Part shown: positions 17,213 through 27,519 of the stretch, piece after piece | How the letters are laid out: each line of letters starts with the position of its first letter | Numbering within the stretch: position 1 is the first letter of the stretch | From: Candidatus Spongiisociaceae bacterium | Lineage (GTDB): Bacteria; Actinomycetota; Acidimicrobiia; Spongiisociales; Spongiisociaceae | Direction of reading: 5' to 3' | Assembly (NCBI GenBank): GCA_965202665.1 | Contig: OZ241841.1 | Span: forward strand, 32,001-96,000 | Length of the DNA: 64,000 nucleotides | The notes under the pieces: generated by a model | The model's input: only the letters and a program-made list of their open reading frames with translations | Databases searched by the model: none | What the model was told of the DNA's origin: nothing | Translations under genes and position numbers: made by a program

Positions 17213-17311
17213 CGCATACCCCTTTCGTTCCGGGGGCTCCGGGAAGCGGAGACGCGTCCGGCGGGCGGAACCCTCCCTCATATTATGCCACATGCCCGTT
17301 GGCAATCGTCT

Positions 17312-18706
17312 TTACGACCAGACCAGGGGGCGTTCTTGGAGCAACTCGGCCGGGCCGTCGCGCAGGCCGTTGCCGTTCCGGTCCCAAAAAACGCGGATGG
17401 TGTCGGTAACGGTGCGGGTATGGTGCTTGGGTTTGACGGGCCCCGTGTATTGGAAAGAAGCGGTTTGGGAGCCTGAAACGGTGGCTTCCCGGGTGTGCAC
17501 CGCCAGATCATCCCGGATAACCTGTATGACGATCCGTTGCCGGGACAGGGTGGAATCTCTCAGCAAAGCGGTGATGGTCACTTTTGCCTCGTATTTGGCC
17601 CCGGCGGGCGATGTGACTTGCAGTTCGGTGGGGGCCGAACGCCACACCACCGGGGCGGAAGTTTCGTTTCCCACCAAATCGGCGTCGAACACTTGCCCCT
17701 CCGCCCCCGCCCAGGCGTAGACGATGTTGACGGCGGCGACGGGGGAATGGGACAGGCCTACCACCACTTTGCCCATGGAATCGGTGCGGGGGTCGGCGCG
17801 GTCGATGCGGCAGTCCGCGGAAGTGCCGGCGTCCACCCCGTTGATGCGGGCCCCCGCGTCCAGCCAGCACAGCCCGTTGGAATAAAGGCGCCCTACCGCG
17901 AAAACGTCTATCAGCAATCCGGGGTAGGGGTCGCCGTTGGGTTTTAGGGCGGTGATTTCCGCGGTGGTGGAACCCGCCGTGGACAGGCGGTCCGGTTCGA
18001 CGACGATGCTCAACCGCACCGGTTGCGCCTCCCCCGTCTCCAGCGAACGCGCCAGTTGCAGGGCCATGTCCGACCGGGTCACCGCCGCGTCGGGCCGGAA
18101 CAATGCGGGGGAGGCCCCGGGCATTATTTCGGCGGCGGCCAGCTGCCCGGCGGCCCGGGTCAGTTCCGCCTCCGAATCGGGCAAATCCTCGAATGTCCGT
18201 ATGACTTCGGGGAGGCCGATCCCGGCTTGCAGCAACAGGCGGTGGATGAACCGCGCCATCTGGCCGCGGGGCACCTCGCGGCCCGGGTCGAAAGTTCCGT
18301 CGGAGGCCCCCCGGGTGACGCCCAGCTGGAGCAGGCGGGCGATGTCGAGTCGGGTTTCTTCGTCGAGGTGGGCGATGTCGGTGAACGGGGAGGTTGGGTT
18401 GTCGGGCAAGTCCAGGCCGAGGGCGCGGGCGGTGCGGATGAGGAAGCGGGCCATTTGGGAGCGGGTGACCCGGCCGTCGGGATCGTAGACGGCGGCGGAA
18501 ACCCCTCGCGTCACCCCGTAGTGGAGGATGCAGGCGATGGCCCGTTGCCTCTCCTCGCTGAGTTGGCCGATGTCGGCGAAGGCGGAGGCCGTCGGGGATT
18601 GGGGGCAAGTCGGGAAACCCCCCTCGGCGCCGTCTTCTTGCGCTCCGGCCGCTCCGGTTGCGGCCAGCGCCGCAAGAACCAACGCGCACACTGCGATTCG
18701 GCGCAT
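17312..18706 (-). CDS. Secreted S-layer homology (SLH) domain protein
   Basis: Signal peptide and three SLH-like repeats (GVTRG...YDP...VTRSQMA; TFDP..VPRGQMA; FRPD..VTRSDMA). TGnTAAAAT lies 5 nt before ATG18706. Confidence 0.85.
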   Translation of the reverse strand: MRRIAVCALVLAALAATGAAGAQEDGAEGGFPTCPQSPTASAFADIGQLSEERQRAIACILHYGVTRGVSAAVYDPDGRVTRSQMARFLIRTARALGLDLPDNPTSPFTDIAHLDEETRLDIARLLQLGVTRGASDGTFDPGREVPRGQMARFIHRLLLQAGIGLPEVIRTFEDLPDSEAELTRAAGQLAAAEIMPGASPALFRPDAAVTRSDMALQLARSLETGEAQPVRLSIVVEPDRLSTAGSTTAEITALKPNGDPYPGLLIDVFAVGRLYSNGLCWLDAGARINGVDAGTSADCRIDRADPRTDSMGKVVVGLSHSPVAAVNIVYAWAGAEGQVFDADLVGNETSAPVVWRSAPTELQVTSPAGAKYEAKVTITALLRDSTLSRQRIVIQVIRDDLAVHTREATVSGSQTASFQYTGPVKPKHHTRTVTDTIRVFWDRNGNGLRDGPAELLQERPLVWS

Positions 18707-18745
18707 ATCGTATTTTACCACGCCCCGTCGCCTTCCGTTTACGTA

Positions 18746-19315
18746 TTATGTTTCCAGGAGAAACCTCCATGGGCGGTCGGTTGCCTTGGTGATGCCGATG
18801 CGGGGGGTGGCCCGGATGCGGGACGGGTGGGGCGGGGGGCCGGGTTCCAGGCGCAACGGGCCGGTAAAAGCGGAGGAGCCGTCCTGCGCGCCGGTTACGC
18901 CCAGGGCCTGGGTTAGTTTGCCGGGGCCGTCCGCCAAATGATCGCTCCGCCCCCGCCGCCGCGCCGCGACCTCTTCCCCCTCCGCCGCTTGGCCGCCTCT
19001 CAGCAGCACCGCCTGCCCTTCCCCGGCCGGGCCGGTCACCAGGTTCAGGCACCAGTGGACGCCATAGGAGCGGTATACGTACCAGAACCCGGACGGGCCG
19101 AACATGGACCCGTTGCGGGCGGTCGGCCCCCGGAAGGCGTGGGAGGCCGGGTCGTCGGAGCCGCCGTAGGCTTCCGTTTCGTTGATTGTCAGCGAGACGC
19201 GGGGCCCCAGTTCGCTGACCAGCCGGCTCCCTAAAAGAGCCTTGGCGGCTTGGGCCGGGCCGGATGACAAATCAATCCACCCTCCCCCGGTCGGCGCCCG
19301 GTCGGCGCCGGTCAA
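18746..19315 (-). CDS. DNA-3-methyladenine glycosylase (MPG/Aag family)
   Basis: ETEAY..DPASHA, YVYRSYGVH, AVLLR, GPGKLTQALG, TPRIGI. The TTG start overlapping the argF stop is inferred. Confidence 0.9.
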   Translation of the reverse strand: MTGADRAPTGGGWIDLSSGPAQAAKALLGSRLVSELGPRVSLTINETEAYGGSDDPASHAFRGPTARNGSMFGPSGFWYVYRSYGVHWCLNLVTGPAGEGQAVLLRGGQAAEGEEVAARRRGRSDHLADGPGKLTQALGVTGAQDGSSAFTGPLRLEPGPPPHPSRIRATPRIGITKATDRPWRFLLET

Positions 19316-20205
19316 CCGGCCAACTCCGTCAGCACCGACTTCATGGCATGCAGGCGGTTTTCGGCCTGGTCGAAGACGCGGGAGCGGGGATGGTCCATCA
19401 CCCCGTCGGTAACCTCTTCGCCCCGGTGGGCGGGGAGGCAGTGCATGAAAATGGCGTCCGGGCGGGCGCGGGCGAACAAGGCTTCGTCCACCCGGTAGGG
19501 GGCGAACAGTTCCCGCCGTTCCGCCGCCTCCGACTCCTGTCCCATCGACGCCCAGACGTCGGTGTACACCGCGTCCGCCCCCTCCACCGCCGCTAAATCG
19601 TGGGTGATTACGGCCCGTCCCCCGCACAGTTCGATGTAGGAATCTTCGGGGGCGAACCCGGGCGGGCCCACCACCCGCACCTCGGCCCCCAGCAGGGCGG
19701 CCCCGGCCATGAGGCTGTGGCACACGTTGTTGCCGTCCCCCACGAAGGCCACCACCGCCCCCGCCGGCTCCCGGTGTTCGGCCAAAGTCTGCAGGTCGGC
19801 CACCGCTTGGCAGGGGTGCTCCAACTCCGACAACAGGTTGACGACCGGAACGGAGGCCGCCCGAGCCGTCTCCGCCAAGGTCTGATGGCGGAACACGCGC
19901 AAGGCCAGAACATCCAGATAACGTTCCAGCACCCGGGACAGGTCCTCCGCCGACTCCCGGCTTCCCAGCCCCACCTCCGACTGCCCCAGCGCCACCGGAT
20001 GGGCCCCCAGTTCCACCGCCGCTATCTCCGCCGACACCCGGGTGCGGGCGGACGGCTTCTCGAAGAAAAGCCCGATTTTCTTCCCCGCCAAGGCCCCCCG
20101 GCCCCGGGCGCGGTCTTTTTTCATCCGGGCCGCCTCCTCCACCATCCGCTCCAACTGACGGGCCTCCAAATCGGCGATGCACAACAGGTTCGCGATTTCC
20201 CTCAT
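19312..20205 (-). CDS. argF: Ornithine carbamoyltransferase
   Basis: FEKPSARTR, HPCQ, DVWASMG, HCLP, QAENR. Confidence 0.93.
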   Translation of the reverse strand: MREIANLLCIADLEARQLERMVEEAARMKKDRARGRGALAGKKIGLFFEKPSARTRVSAEIAAVELGAHPVALGQSEVGLGSRESAEDLSRVLERYLDVLALRVFRHQTLAETARAASVPVVNLLSELEHPCQAVADLQTLAEHREPAGAVVAFVGDGNNVCHSLMAGAALLGAEVRVVGPPGFAPEDSYIELCGGRAVITHDLAAVEGADAVYTDVWASMGQESEAAERRELFAPYRVDEALFARARPDAIFMHCLPAHRGEEVTDGVMDHPRSRVFDQAENRLHAMKSVLTELAG

Positions 20206-22607
20206 TCCACCGACCCCCGCAGTTGTCCGTCCAGCCGCTCCGCCACCGCCCCGGCGATTTCTTTAAGGACGGGGGCCGCTTCCTCGTCGGTCAAAGTGCG
20301 ATCCATGCCCCGCAACGTGACCCGCACCGCCAGGCTGCGGCGGCCGTCCGGAATGGAGGAACCCCGAAACTCGTCGAACAAGTCCAGCGTTTCCAGGGTG
20401 GGCCCGGCGACGGTGCGCATCACCGACAGCAACCGGGCGGCCGGGACGTCCTCGGGGAGGATGAACGACATGTCGAAAACCAGGGGGGGGAACATGGACA
20501 CCGGGCGGAAAATCCAGTCGTCCGCCGGGGCTATCAGCGGTTCCAAATCCAACTCGGCGATCACCACCCGCCCCTCCAGCCCCGCCTCCCGGGCCAGGGA
20601 CGGGTGCAACTCCCCCATGAACCCGATCGTCTTCCCCTCGCAGAAAACGTTGGCGCCCCGCCCCGGGTGCAACTCCTCCAGCCGGGTTTGGGGCAGGCTC
20701 AGATTGCGGCCCCCCGTTTCCGACAACAGTTCGATCAGGCTGGCCCCGGAGAACACATCCACGTCCTCCCCGGCGATTATCACCCCCAGTTGCATCGGCT
20801 GGTGGGGGATGCGGGGATCGTCGGGGTCGTCCCTCCGCCAGAAAACCCGCCCGATTTCAAAAAAAGCCTCCCGGTCGGCGCCCCGGGCCGCGTTGCGGGC
20901 GGCGGCGTCCATCAAGCCGGGGATGAGGGTGGTGCGCAGGACGGACTCTTCCTCGCGGAGGGGGTTCTTCACCCTGATTCCGGTGCGGCGGGGGCTGTCT
21001 TCGGGAATGCGCAACGAATCCAGCAGCCCCGGCCCCAGGAAACTCAAAGTATGCACTTCGCTCAAACCGGCCCCCACCAGCACCTCCCGCAGGCGGCGGA
21101 GGGCCGACTGGGCCGGGGAAAGGGACCCGTCCGTCCCGTGCCGCACCCGGTCCGCGAAACGGTCGAAGCCGTAGAGGCGGGCGATTTCCTCCACCAGGTC
21201 GGCCGGGCGGGCGGCGTCCGGCCGGTGGGTGGGGACCGTCACCGCCGCCGCCTCCCCGGAGTCGGCGGGTTCGGTTTGGAAACCGAGCCGGTTCAGCAGG
21301 CCCAGGGATTCGGCGAAGCCCGGTTGCGGCCCCAGCAGGCGGGAGACGTCTCCGGCCCGCAGCCGCACCGTCCAGGGCCGGCGGGGGGAGGGATAGCGGT
21401 CCACCGCCTCCGCCCGCGGCGTTCCGCCTCCGAGGGAAACGATCAGTTCCACCGCCCGGGCGACGGCCAGCCCGGACAGGTTGGGGTCCACTCCCCGTTC
21501 AAAGCGGGCGGAGGCTTCACTGCGCAATCCCAGCCGATGGGAGGTGGACAATATGGAGGGGGGGTGCCAGTTGGCGGCCTCCACCAGAATTTCGCCGGTG
21601 TCGGCGCCCACCTCGGTGGACTCCCCGCCCATCACCCCCGCCAAGGCGATGGGCCCGGACGGGTCGGCCACCACGATGTCCGTTTCGTCCAATTCCCGTT
21701 GGGAGCCGTCCAAGGTGCGCAGGCCCTCCCCCGCCCCGGCCCGGCGGATGATAAGGCGGCGTCCTGCCACTTTGGCGGCGTCGAACATGTGAATGGGGTG
21801 GCCCAGCTCCCACATCACGTAGTTGGAAACGTCCACCACGTTGGAAATGGGGCGTTGCCCGATGGAAAGCAACCGCCGTTGCATCCACCAGGGTGAAGGC
21901 CCCACCCGCACTCCGTCTATCTCATGCCCGACGAAGCGGGGGCAGGCGACGGGGTCTTCGATGGCTATGTCGACGCCGGCCGGGGCGGGACCGCAGGCGG
22001 GTCGGGGGTCGACGTCCCGCAACGGTATTTCCCAGTAGGCGGCCAACTCCCGGGCCAACCCCCGGATGCTCATGCAGTCCCCCCGGTTGGGGGTGATGGA
22101 AACGTCCAGCACCGCGTCGCCTAAGCCAGCGGCCTCGGCGAAGTCCCGTCCCACGTCCGACGGGCCGGCCGCGCCCATCAGGTCCAGTACCATGATGCCC
22201 TCATGGTCGTCGCCCAGCCCCAGCTCGCGGGCGGAGGCGATCATCCCATGGGAGGCAGCCCCCCGAATTTCCCGCACCCCCACCTCCAGGGGCCGTTTGG
22301 AGCCGAGGCCCAGTCGGGAACCGGCCCGGGCATAGGCCACGATCGCCCCCGCCTCGAAGTTCCACGCCCCGCACACCACATCCAAAGTCTGGGATCCGTC
22401 ATTCACCCGGCAGAAGCGGAGGCGGTCGGCGTTGGGATGGGGGCCCGCCTCCTCCACCCGGGCCACCACCACCCCCTCAAAACCGGGGGAGATATGCTCC
22501 ACGTTCTCCACCTCGTGTCCCAGCGAGGCCAGGATTTCCTCCAGCTCCTGCGGGTCGGAAGTAGGCAGATCCAGAAAGTCGGCCAGCCAGCTGATGGGGA
22601 CTTTCAT
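20202..22607 (-). CDS. pheT: Phenylalanine--tRNA ligase beta subunit
   Basis: MKVPISWL, HPNADRL, TPNRGD, RFERGVD, FDX-ACB C-terminus. ATGA overlap with pheS. Confidence 0.96.
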   Translation of the reverse strand: MKVPISWLADFLDLPTSDPQELEEILASLGHEVENVEHISPGFEGVVVARVEEAGPHPNADRLRFCRVNDGSQTLDVVCGAWNFEAGAIVAYARAGSRLGLGSKRPLEVGVREIRGAASHGMIASARELGLGDDHEGIMVLDLMGAAGPSDVGRDFAEAAGLGDAVLDVSITPNRGDCMSIRGLARELAAYWEIPLRDVDPRPACGPAPAGVDIAIEDPVACPRFVGHEIDGVRVGPSPWWMQRRLLSIGQRPISNVVDVSNYVMWELGHPIHMFDAAKVAGRRLIIRRAGAGEGLRTLDGSQRELDETDIVVADPSGPIALAGVMGGESTEVGADTGEILVEAANWHPPSILSTSHRLGLRSEASARFERGVDPNLSGLAVARAVELIVSLGGGTPRAEAVDRYPSPRRPWTVRLRAGDVSRLLGPQPGFAESLGLLNRLGFQTEPADSGEAAAVTVPTHRPDAARPADLVEEIARLYGFDRFADRVRHGTDGSLSPAQSALRRLREVLVGAGLSEVHTLSFLGPGLLDSLRIPEDSPRRTGIRVKNPLREEESVLRTTLIPGLMDAAARNAARGADREAFFEIGRVFWRRDDPDDPRIPHQPMQLGVIIAGEDVDVFSGASLIELLSETGGRNLSLPQTRLEELHPGRGANVFCEGKTIGFMGELHPSLAREAGLEGRVVIAELDLEPLIAPADDWIFRPVSMFPPLVFDMSFILPEDVPAARLLSVMRTVAGPTLETLDLFDEFRGSSIPDGRRSLAVRVTLRGMDRTLTDEEAAPVLKEIAGAVAERLDGQLRGSVE

Positions 22608-23623
22608 CGGAACTGCCTCAGAATCCGCAAGTCGTTTTCGTAGAAGTGGCGGATGTCGTCTATGCCGTGTTTGACCATGGCCAGGCGCTCCACGCCCATG
22701 CCGAAGGCGAAGCCGGTCACCCGCTCCGGGTCGTATCCCACCGCTTCGAACACGTTGGGGTCCACCATTCCGCATCCCAGCATTTCCAGCCACTGGCCGC
22801 CCCATCGCACCAGCATTTCCGCCGATGGTTCGGTGAACGGGAAAAAATGGGGGACGAAGCGGGTTTCGGCCTCCGGGCCGAAAAACTCCCGGGCGAAGTG
22901 GGCCAGGGTCCCTTTCAGGTCGCCGAAGGTGATGTCCTCGTCCACCGCCAAGCCTTCTATCTGATGGAAAACCGGGGAATGGGTGGCGTCCCACGTGTCG
23001 GTGCGGAACACCCTCCCCGGAACCACCACGTAGGCCGGGGGGCGGCGGTTTTCCATGTACCGGATCTGCATGGGGGAGGTCTGGGTTCGCAACAGCAACT
23101 CGTCGGGCCCGGTTCGTTCCCGGTCGTCGTAGGACTCCACGTACATGGTGTCCGACTCGAAACGGGACGGATGGGTGGGGGGCGTGTTCAGGGCGTCGAA
23201 GTTGTACCAGGCCAGCTCCACTTCCGGGCCTTCCGCCACCTGATATCCCAAAGCCCGGAAAATGTCGCAGACTTCATCCATGGTGAGGGTCAGCAAGTGA
23301 TGGTTTCCCCGCCGGAAACGCCGGTAAGGGAGGGTGACGTCCACCCGGTCTTCCTCCAGCAGGCGGTCTTCGGCCTCCGCCTGCAGGGCCGCCCGCCGTT
23401 CATCCACCGCCTTGGCCAGCTTCTGCATGGTTTCCCCGATGACGCGGCCCACCGCTTTCCGCTGTTGCAGGTTCAGCTGGCCTATCCCCCGCCGGGCTTG
23501 CGCGATCTCCGAACGGCGGCCCAGCAACTCGGATTCCAGCTCTTCCAGATCCTCCAGGCTGGAGGTTTCGGTGATCCGCCCCGGGGCGGTTTCCGCCAGC
23601 TGTTTTATCCGGTCAAGGTCCAT
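22604..23623 (-). CDS. pheS: Phenylalanine--tRNA ligase alpha subunit
   Basis: LLRTQTSP, FHQIEG, FPFTEPS, GFAFGMGVER. Confidence 0.97.
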   Translation of the reverse strand: MDLDRIKQLAETAPGRITETSSLEDLEELESELLGRRSEIAQARRGIGQLNLQQRKAVGRVIGETMQKLAKAVDERRAALQAEAEDRLLEEDRVDVTLPYRRFRRGNHHLLTLTMDEVCDIFRALGYQVAEGPEVELAWYNFDALNTPPTHPSRFESDTMYVESYDDRERTGPDELLLRTQTSPMQIRYMENRRPPAYVVVPGRVFRTDTWDATHSPVFHQIEGLAVDEDITFGDLKGTLAHFAREFFGPEAETRFVPHFFPFTEPSAEMLVRWGGQWLEMLGCGMVDPNVFEAVGYDPERVTGFAFGMGVERLAMVKHGIDDIRHFYENDLRILRQFR

Positions 23624-23664
23624 GCCGCCGCCTGGTTATCGCCGAGCCCGCGGTTCCGCCGCAA

Positions 23665-24021
23665 CTAGGGACGTTGCGCGTCCGCCAGTTCCACAATTTG
23701 GCGGAAGGCGTCGGGATCGTTGACCGCCAAGTCGGCCAGCATTTTCCGATCCACCTCCAACTCGGCCGCTTTCAACCCGGCGATCAGCTGGGAGTAGGTC
23801 ATGCCGTTTTCCCGGGCGGCGGCGTTGATGCGGCTGATCCACAACCGGCGGAACTGGCCTTTGCGGGTGCGCCGGTCGCGGTAGGCGTACTGCATGGACT
23901 TCATCACCTGCTCGTTGGCGGCCCGGTGCCGACGGCTTTTGGCTCCGCCGTAGCCTTTGGCCTGGGCGAGGACCCGGCGGCGACGGCGCCGGGAGTTGGG
24001 GGAACGGGTTACGCGCGCCAT
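23665..24021 (-). CDS. rplT: 50S ribosomal protein L20
   Basis: [29 protein letters not shown]. Confidence 0.97.
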   Translation of the reverse strand: MARVTRSPNSRRRRRRVLAQAKGYGGAKSRRHRAANEQVMKSMQYAYRDRRTRKGQFRRLWISRINAAARENGMTYSQLIAGLKAAELEVDRKMLADLAVNDPDAFRQIVELADAQRP

Positions 24022-24035
24022 TTCACGCCTCCTCT

Positions 24036-24230
24036 TTACATTCCCAGCAGGCGCTTGGCCCGCTTCTCGTCGCCTTTGGCCAAACCGGTCTCGCCTTTCA
24101 GACGGCGGTAGGAGTCCTTCCCTTTGGCCATGCGAAGATGGCCGCGGTGCGACTGACGGCGGCGCAGTTTGCCGGTTCCGGTCACCTTGTAGCGCTTGGC
24201 GGCGCCTTTGTGCGTTTTCATCTTGGGCAT
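24036..24230 (-). CDS. rpmI: 50S ribosomal protein L35
   Basis: [13 protein letters not shown]; located between infC and rplT. Confidence 0.97.
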   Translation of the reverse strand: MPKMKTHKGAAKRYKVTGTGKLRRRQSHRGHLRMAKGKDSYRRLKGETGLAKGDEKRAKRLLGM

Positions 24231-24289
24231 AGTTTGTTCCTTGTTAGACGGCGGATGGTTGAATGACGCAACGGTCCAGCGGCCGGAAT

Positions 24290-24838
24290 TCAGTCGCGGG
24301 CCGGGGCCGGTTCTCCGGCGCGGAGGCCCCCTTTGCGGATGGGGCCGAAGGTCATTGTCATATTGCGGCCTTCAATCTTGGGCTCCTGCTCGATTTTAGA
24401 TACTTCTTCCAAGTCGACGGTGAGCCGATCCAGTATGGCGTGTCCCAGCTGGGGGCGGCTGGCCTCCCGGCCCCGCAGCCAAACCCGGATCCGCACCCGG
24501 TCGCCGTTTTCCAAAAAGCGACGGGCCCGGTTGCGCTTCACCTCGTAATCGTGGTTGCCGATTTTCACCCGGAAGGAAAGTTCCTTGATGTTGCTGCGGG
24601 TGGTTCGTTTGCGGGCTTCCCGCTCTTTGACGGACTGCTCGTACTTGAACTTGCCGTAGTCCATCAACCGAGTGACCGGGGGCGTGGCGGAGGGGGCCAC
24701 CTCTACCAGGTCCAACCCCAGCTGGTCGGCCAGCCACAGCGCCTCCCGCAGGGTTTTGACCCCTACCTGCGCCCCGTCGGGCGCCACCACCCGCACCTGT
24801 TCGGCCTGGATATCCTTGTTGACGCGCAGATCTGCGAT
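24290..24838 (-). CDS. infC: Translation initiation factor IF-3 (non-AUG start, ATC)
   Basis: [31 protein letters not shown] lies 8 nt before ATC at 24838. Confidence 0.95.
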   Translation of the reverse strand: MADLRVNKDIQAEQVRVVAPDGAQVGVKTLREALWLADQLGLDLVEVAPSATPPVTRLMDYGKFKYEQSVKEREARKRTTRSNIKELSFRVKIGNHDYEVKRNRARRFLENGDRVRIRVWLRGREASRPQLGHAILDRLTVDLEEVSKIEQEPKIEGRNMTMTFGPIRKGGLRAGEPAPARD

Positions 24839-24899
24839 ACTGTCATCCTCCTCGTGTTCATAGGGCTTTCGGAAATCGCATCCGATTGTTCCGGGAAAC

Positions 24900-25022
24900 C
24901 AAGAGAACCCACCCCGACGGGGACCAGCCCGCCGGCGCACCGCAACCCACTGCCGGGCCGGGAACCGCGGCGCGCCCTGAACAGGCGGCCGGGTGGGAAG
25001 CCGCTGGGCTCCCTCTTAGTTT
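24900..25022 (-). ncRNA. Putative L20-leader-like cis-regulatory RNA upstream of infC-rpmI-rplT
   Basis: Minus strand AAGAGGGAGC-ccagcg-GCTTCCCACCCG hairpin plus CACC, just after the -10 TATAGT (25032-25037). Boundaries approximate. Confidence 0.6.
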
Positions 25023-25208
25023 CGCCCGCCCACTATACACCTTCCCTGAACGCGGTGCAACCACCCTGGCCGAGGATTCGGTTTTGGACCGGAGCGAAAT
25101 CCGCGTCGCCCGCCACGGCGTCGTCAGGAAAGGCGGGCCCAGGTCAGGTCGCGGCCGATCAGCAACTCCGTCATCTCCGCCAAGTGGGTGTTGCGCATGC
25201 GGATCTTG

Positions 25209-25664
25209 TCAGAGGGAGCGGAGGGCGTTGGCTGCTACTAGGGCGGCGGCGGCGGCTTCTCGGCCCCGGTTGTCGGGGCCGGGGCGGCTGCGGGCGATGG
25301 CGGCGGCGGCGTTTCGTACGGTCAGCACCCCGTTGGCTACCGGGGTTCCCGTGTCCAAGGCCACTCGGGCCAAGCCGGCCGCGCTTTGGGCGGCCACATG
25401 GGTGTAATGGTCGGTCTCCCCCTCGATCACCGCCCCCAGGGCCACCACCGCGTCCATGGTCTTCGCCAAAGCGGCCGCTATCACCGGCATCTCCAGCGCC
25501 CCGGCTGCCTCCACCACCACCACTCTCTCCACCCCCGCCTCCTCCAAAAACTGCAGGGCTCCGTCCAGCAAAGGCTGCGTGTCGAACTTGGCGAAGCGGG
25601 ACACCACCACTCCCACTGACAGGCCGGAACCGTCCCGGTTGGCGGCGACTTCACGACGGATCAT
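25209..25664 (-). CDS. ribH: 6,7-dimethyl-8-ribityllumazine synthase
   Basis: VVVSRF, GALEMP, LGAVIEGETDH, NGVLT, NRGREAA. Confidence 0.93.
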   Translation of the reverse strand: MIRREVAANRDGSGLSVGVVVSRFAKFDTQPLLDGALQFLEEAGVERVVVVEAAGALEMPVIAAALAKTMDAVVALGAVIEGETDHYTHVAAQSAAGLARVALDTGTPVANGVLTVRNAAAAIARSRPGPDNRGREAAAAALVAANALRSL

Positions 25665-26871
25665 CGTCTTCCAACTCCATCATGTGCCCCATTTTCTCCA
25701 CTTTGGTGCGCAGATATCTCCGGTTGTGGTCGTTTTCGCCGGTAACCAGCGGCACCCTTTCCACGATGCTCAACCCGTATCCTTCGATCCCGGCCCGTTT
25801 GGTGGGATTGTTGGTGAGCAAGCGCATGGTTGTCACGCCCAGGTCGGACAGTATCTGGGCCCCTACTCCGTAGTCGCGGGCGTCTTTGGGCAAACCCAGT
25901 TCTACGTTGGCCTCCACCGTGTCCCGACCCGCGTCCTGCAGGGCGTAGGCGGCTAGTTTGTGCATTAGGCCGATGCCCCGTCCCTCATGGCCCCGAATGT
26001 ACAGGATCACCCCCCGGCCTTCGTCGCCTATCCGATGCAGCGCTTCATCCAGCTGGGCCCCGCAGTCGCATCGCAGACTGGAAAAAACATCCCCCGTCAA
26101 GCATTCGGAATGAACCCGCACCAGCACCTCCCCGGCGCCGGCCACCGTGCCCCGCACCAAGGCCACGTGTTGGCGGCCGTCCACCAGCGACTCGTAGCCG
26201 ATGGCCCGGAAGTCCCCGTAGGGGGTGGGAATGACGGTTTCCGAACCGCGCCGCACCAGCCGCTCGTCCCGACGGCGGTAGGCCACCAAGTCGGCGATGG
26301 TGCACATCAACAGTCCCTGTTCTTTGGCGAAGGTCTCCAACTCCGCGCCCCGTTTCATGTCCCCGTCGTCGTTGACTATTTCGCACAGCACGGCCACCGG
26401 TTGCAAGTCCGCCATTCGGGCCAGGTCGATGGCCGCCTCGGTATGCCCCGCCCTCCGCAACACTCCCCCTTCCTTGTAGCGCAAGGGAAAAATGTGGCCG
26501 GGACGGTGAAAGTCCTCCGCCCGGCTGTCCGGGTCGGCCAGGGCGCGGATTGTTTTAGAGCGGTCGGCGGCTGAAATGCCGGTGGTGGTGCCCTGCGCCA
26601 GATCCACCGAGATGGTGAATCCGGTGCGGAAGCTGTCGGTGTTTTCGGTAACCATCAACGGGAGGCGCAACTCGTCCAGCCGTTTGGAGATCATCGGAAC
26701 GCATATCAAACCGCTGGTGTAACGGACCATGAACCCGATTTTTTCTTCGGTGGCCAGCTGGGCGGCCATCATCAGGTCGCCTTCGTTCTCCCGGTCGGCG
26801 TCGTCCACCACCACCACCATCTCCCCCCGCCGAAAAGCCTCCACCACTTCCGGAATGGGAGCGAAGCTCAC
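25651..26871 (-). CDS. ribBA: Bifunctional DHBP synthase / GTP cyclohydrolase II
   Basis: DRENEGDL, RAGHTEA, RVHSECLTGD, RCDCG, HEGRGIG. Confidence 0.96.
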   Translation of the reverse strand: MSFAPIPEVVEAFRRGEMVVVVDDADRENEGDLMMAAQLATEEKIGFMVRYTSGLICVPMISKRLDELRLPLMVTENTDSFRTGFTISVDLAQGTTTGISAADRSKTIRALADPDSRAEDFHRPGHIFPLRYKEGGVLRRAGHTEAAIDLARMADLQPVAVLCEIVNDDGDMKRGAELETFAKEQGLLMCTIADLVAYRRRDERLVRRGSETVIPTPYGDFRAIGYESLVDGRQHVALVRGTVAGAGEVLVRVHSECLTGDVFSSLRCDCGAQLDEALHRIGDEGRGVILYIRGHEGRGIGLMHKLAAYALQDAGRDTVEANVELGLPKDARDYGVGAQILSDLGVTTMRLLTNNPTKRAGIEGYGLSIVERVPLVTGENDHNRRYLRTKVEKMGHMMELEDDDPS

Positions 26872-27503
26872 GGCCCCGCCCCGCCCCGCCCCGCCCCGGC
26901 GCCGCTCCGCTCCAGATAGCGGGCTACGTATTTGGCCAAAATGTCAACCTCCACGTTTACGGAATCGTCGATTAGGCGGTCGCCGAGGACGGTGGTGCGC
27001 AAAGTATGGGGCACCAAGGCTACCTCCACCAGAACATTCTCCCCTTCGTCGGTTGCCGAGACCGCGGTGAGGCTCACCCCGTCCAAGGCTATGGAGCCTT
27101 TTTCCACCAGGTAGGGGGCGAGGAGGCCGGAGATGAGAACTTTCATCCGCCGTCCTTCCTCATCTTGTTTTATGGAAACCACCGGGGCGGTAGCGTCCAC
27201 ATGGCCTTGCACGATGTGCCCCTCCCAGCGGGAGTCGGCCCGCATGGGCCGTTCCAGATTCACGTATTGGCCGATGGCCAGCTCACCCAGGTTGGTGCGG
27301 GAGATGGTTTCGGGCACCACCTCGGCCGTAAACGACTCCGGGGAAACCTTTTCCGCCGTTAGGCAAACCCCGTTCACCGCGATGGAATCCCCCACCTGCA
27401 GGCCGGGCAGTGTTTTCACCGCCGCCACCTCCAAAACCAACCCCGGGTCCGACTCTCGGCGGGCGGCCACCCGGGCCCGCTCCTCTACGATGCCGGTGAA
27501 CAT
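26868..27503 (-). CDS. ribE: Riboflavin synthase (alpha chain)
   Basis: MFTGIVE, GDSIAVNGVCLT, GHIVQGHVD. Confidence 0.96.
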   Translation of the reverse strand: MFTGIVEERARVAARRESDPGLVLEVAAVKTLPGLQVGDSIAVNGVCLTAEKVSPESFTAEVVPETISRTNLGELAIGQYVNLERPMRADSRWEGHIVQGHVDATAPVVSIKQDEEGRRMKVLISGLLAPYLVEKGSIALDGVSLTAVSATDEGENVLVEVALVPHTLRTTVLGDRLIDDSVNVEVDILAKYVARYLERSGAGAGRGGAGP

Positions 27504-27519
27504 TCTCGCCCTCGCTTCC

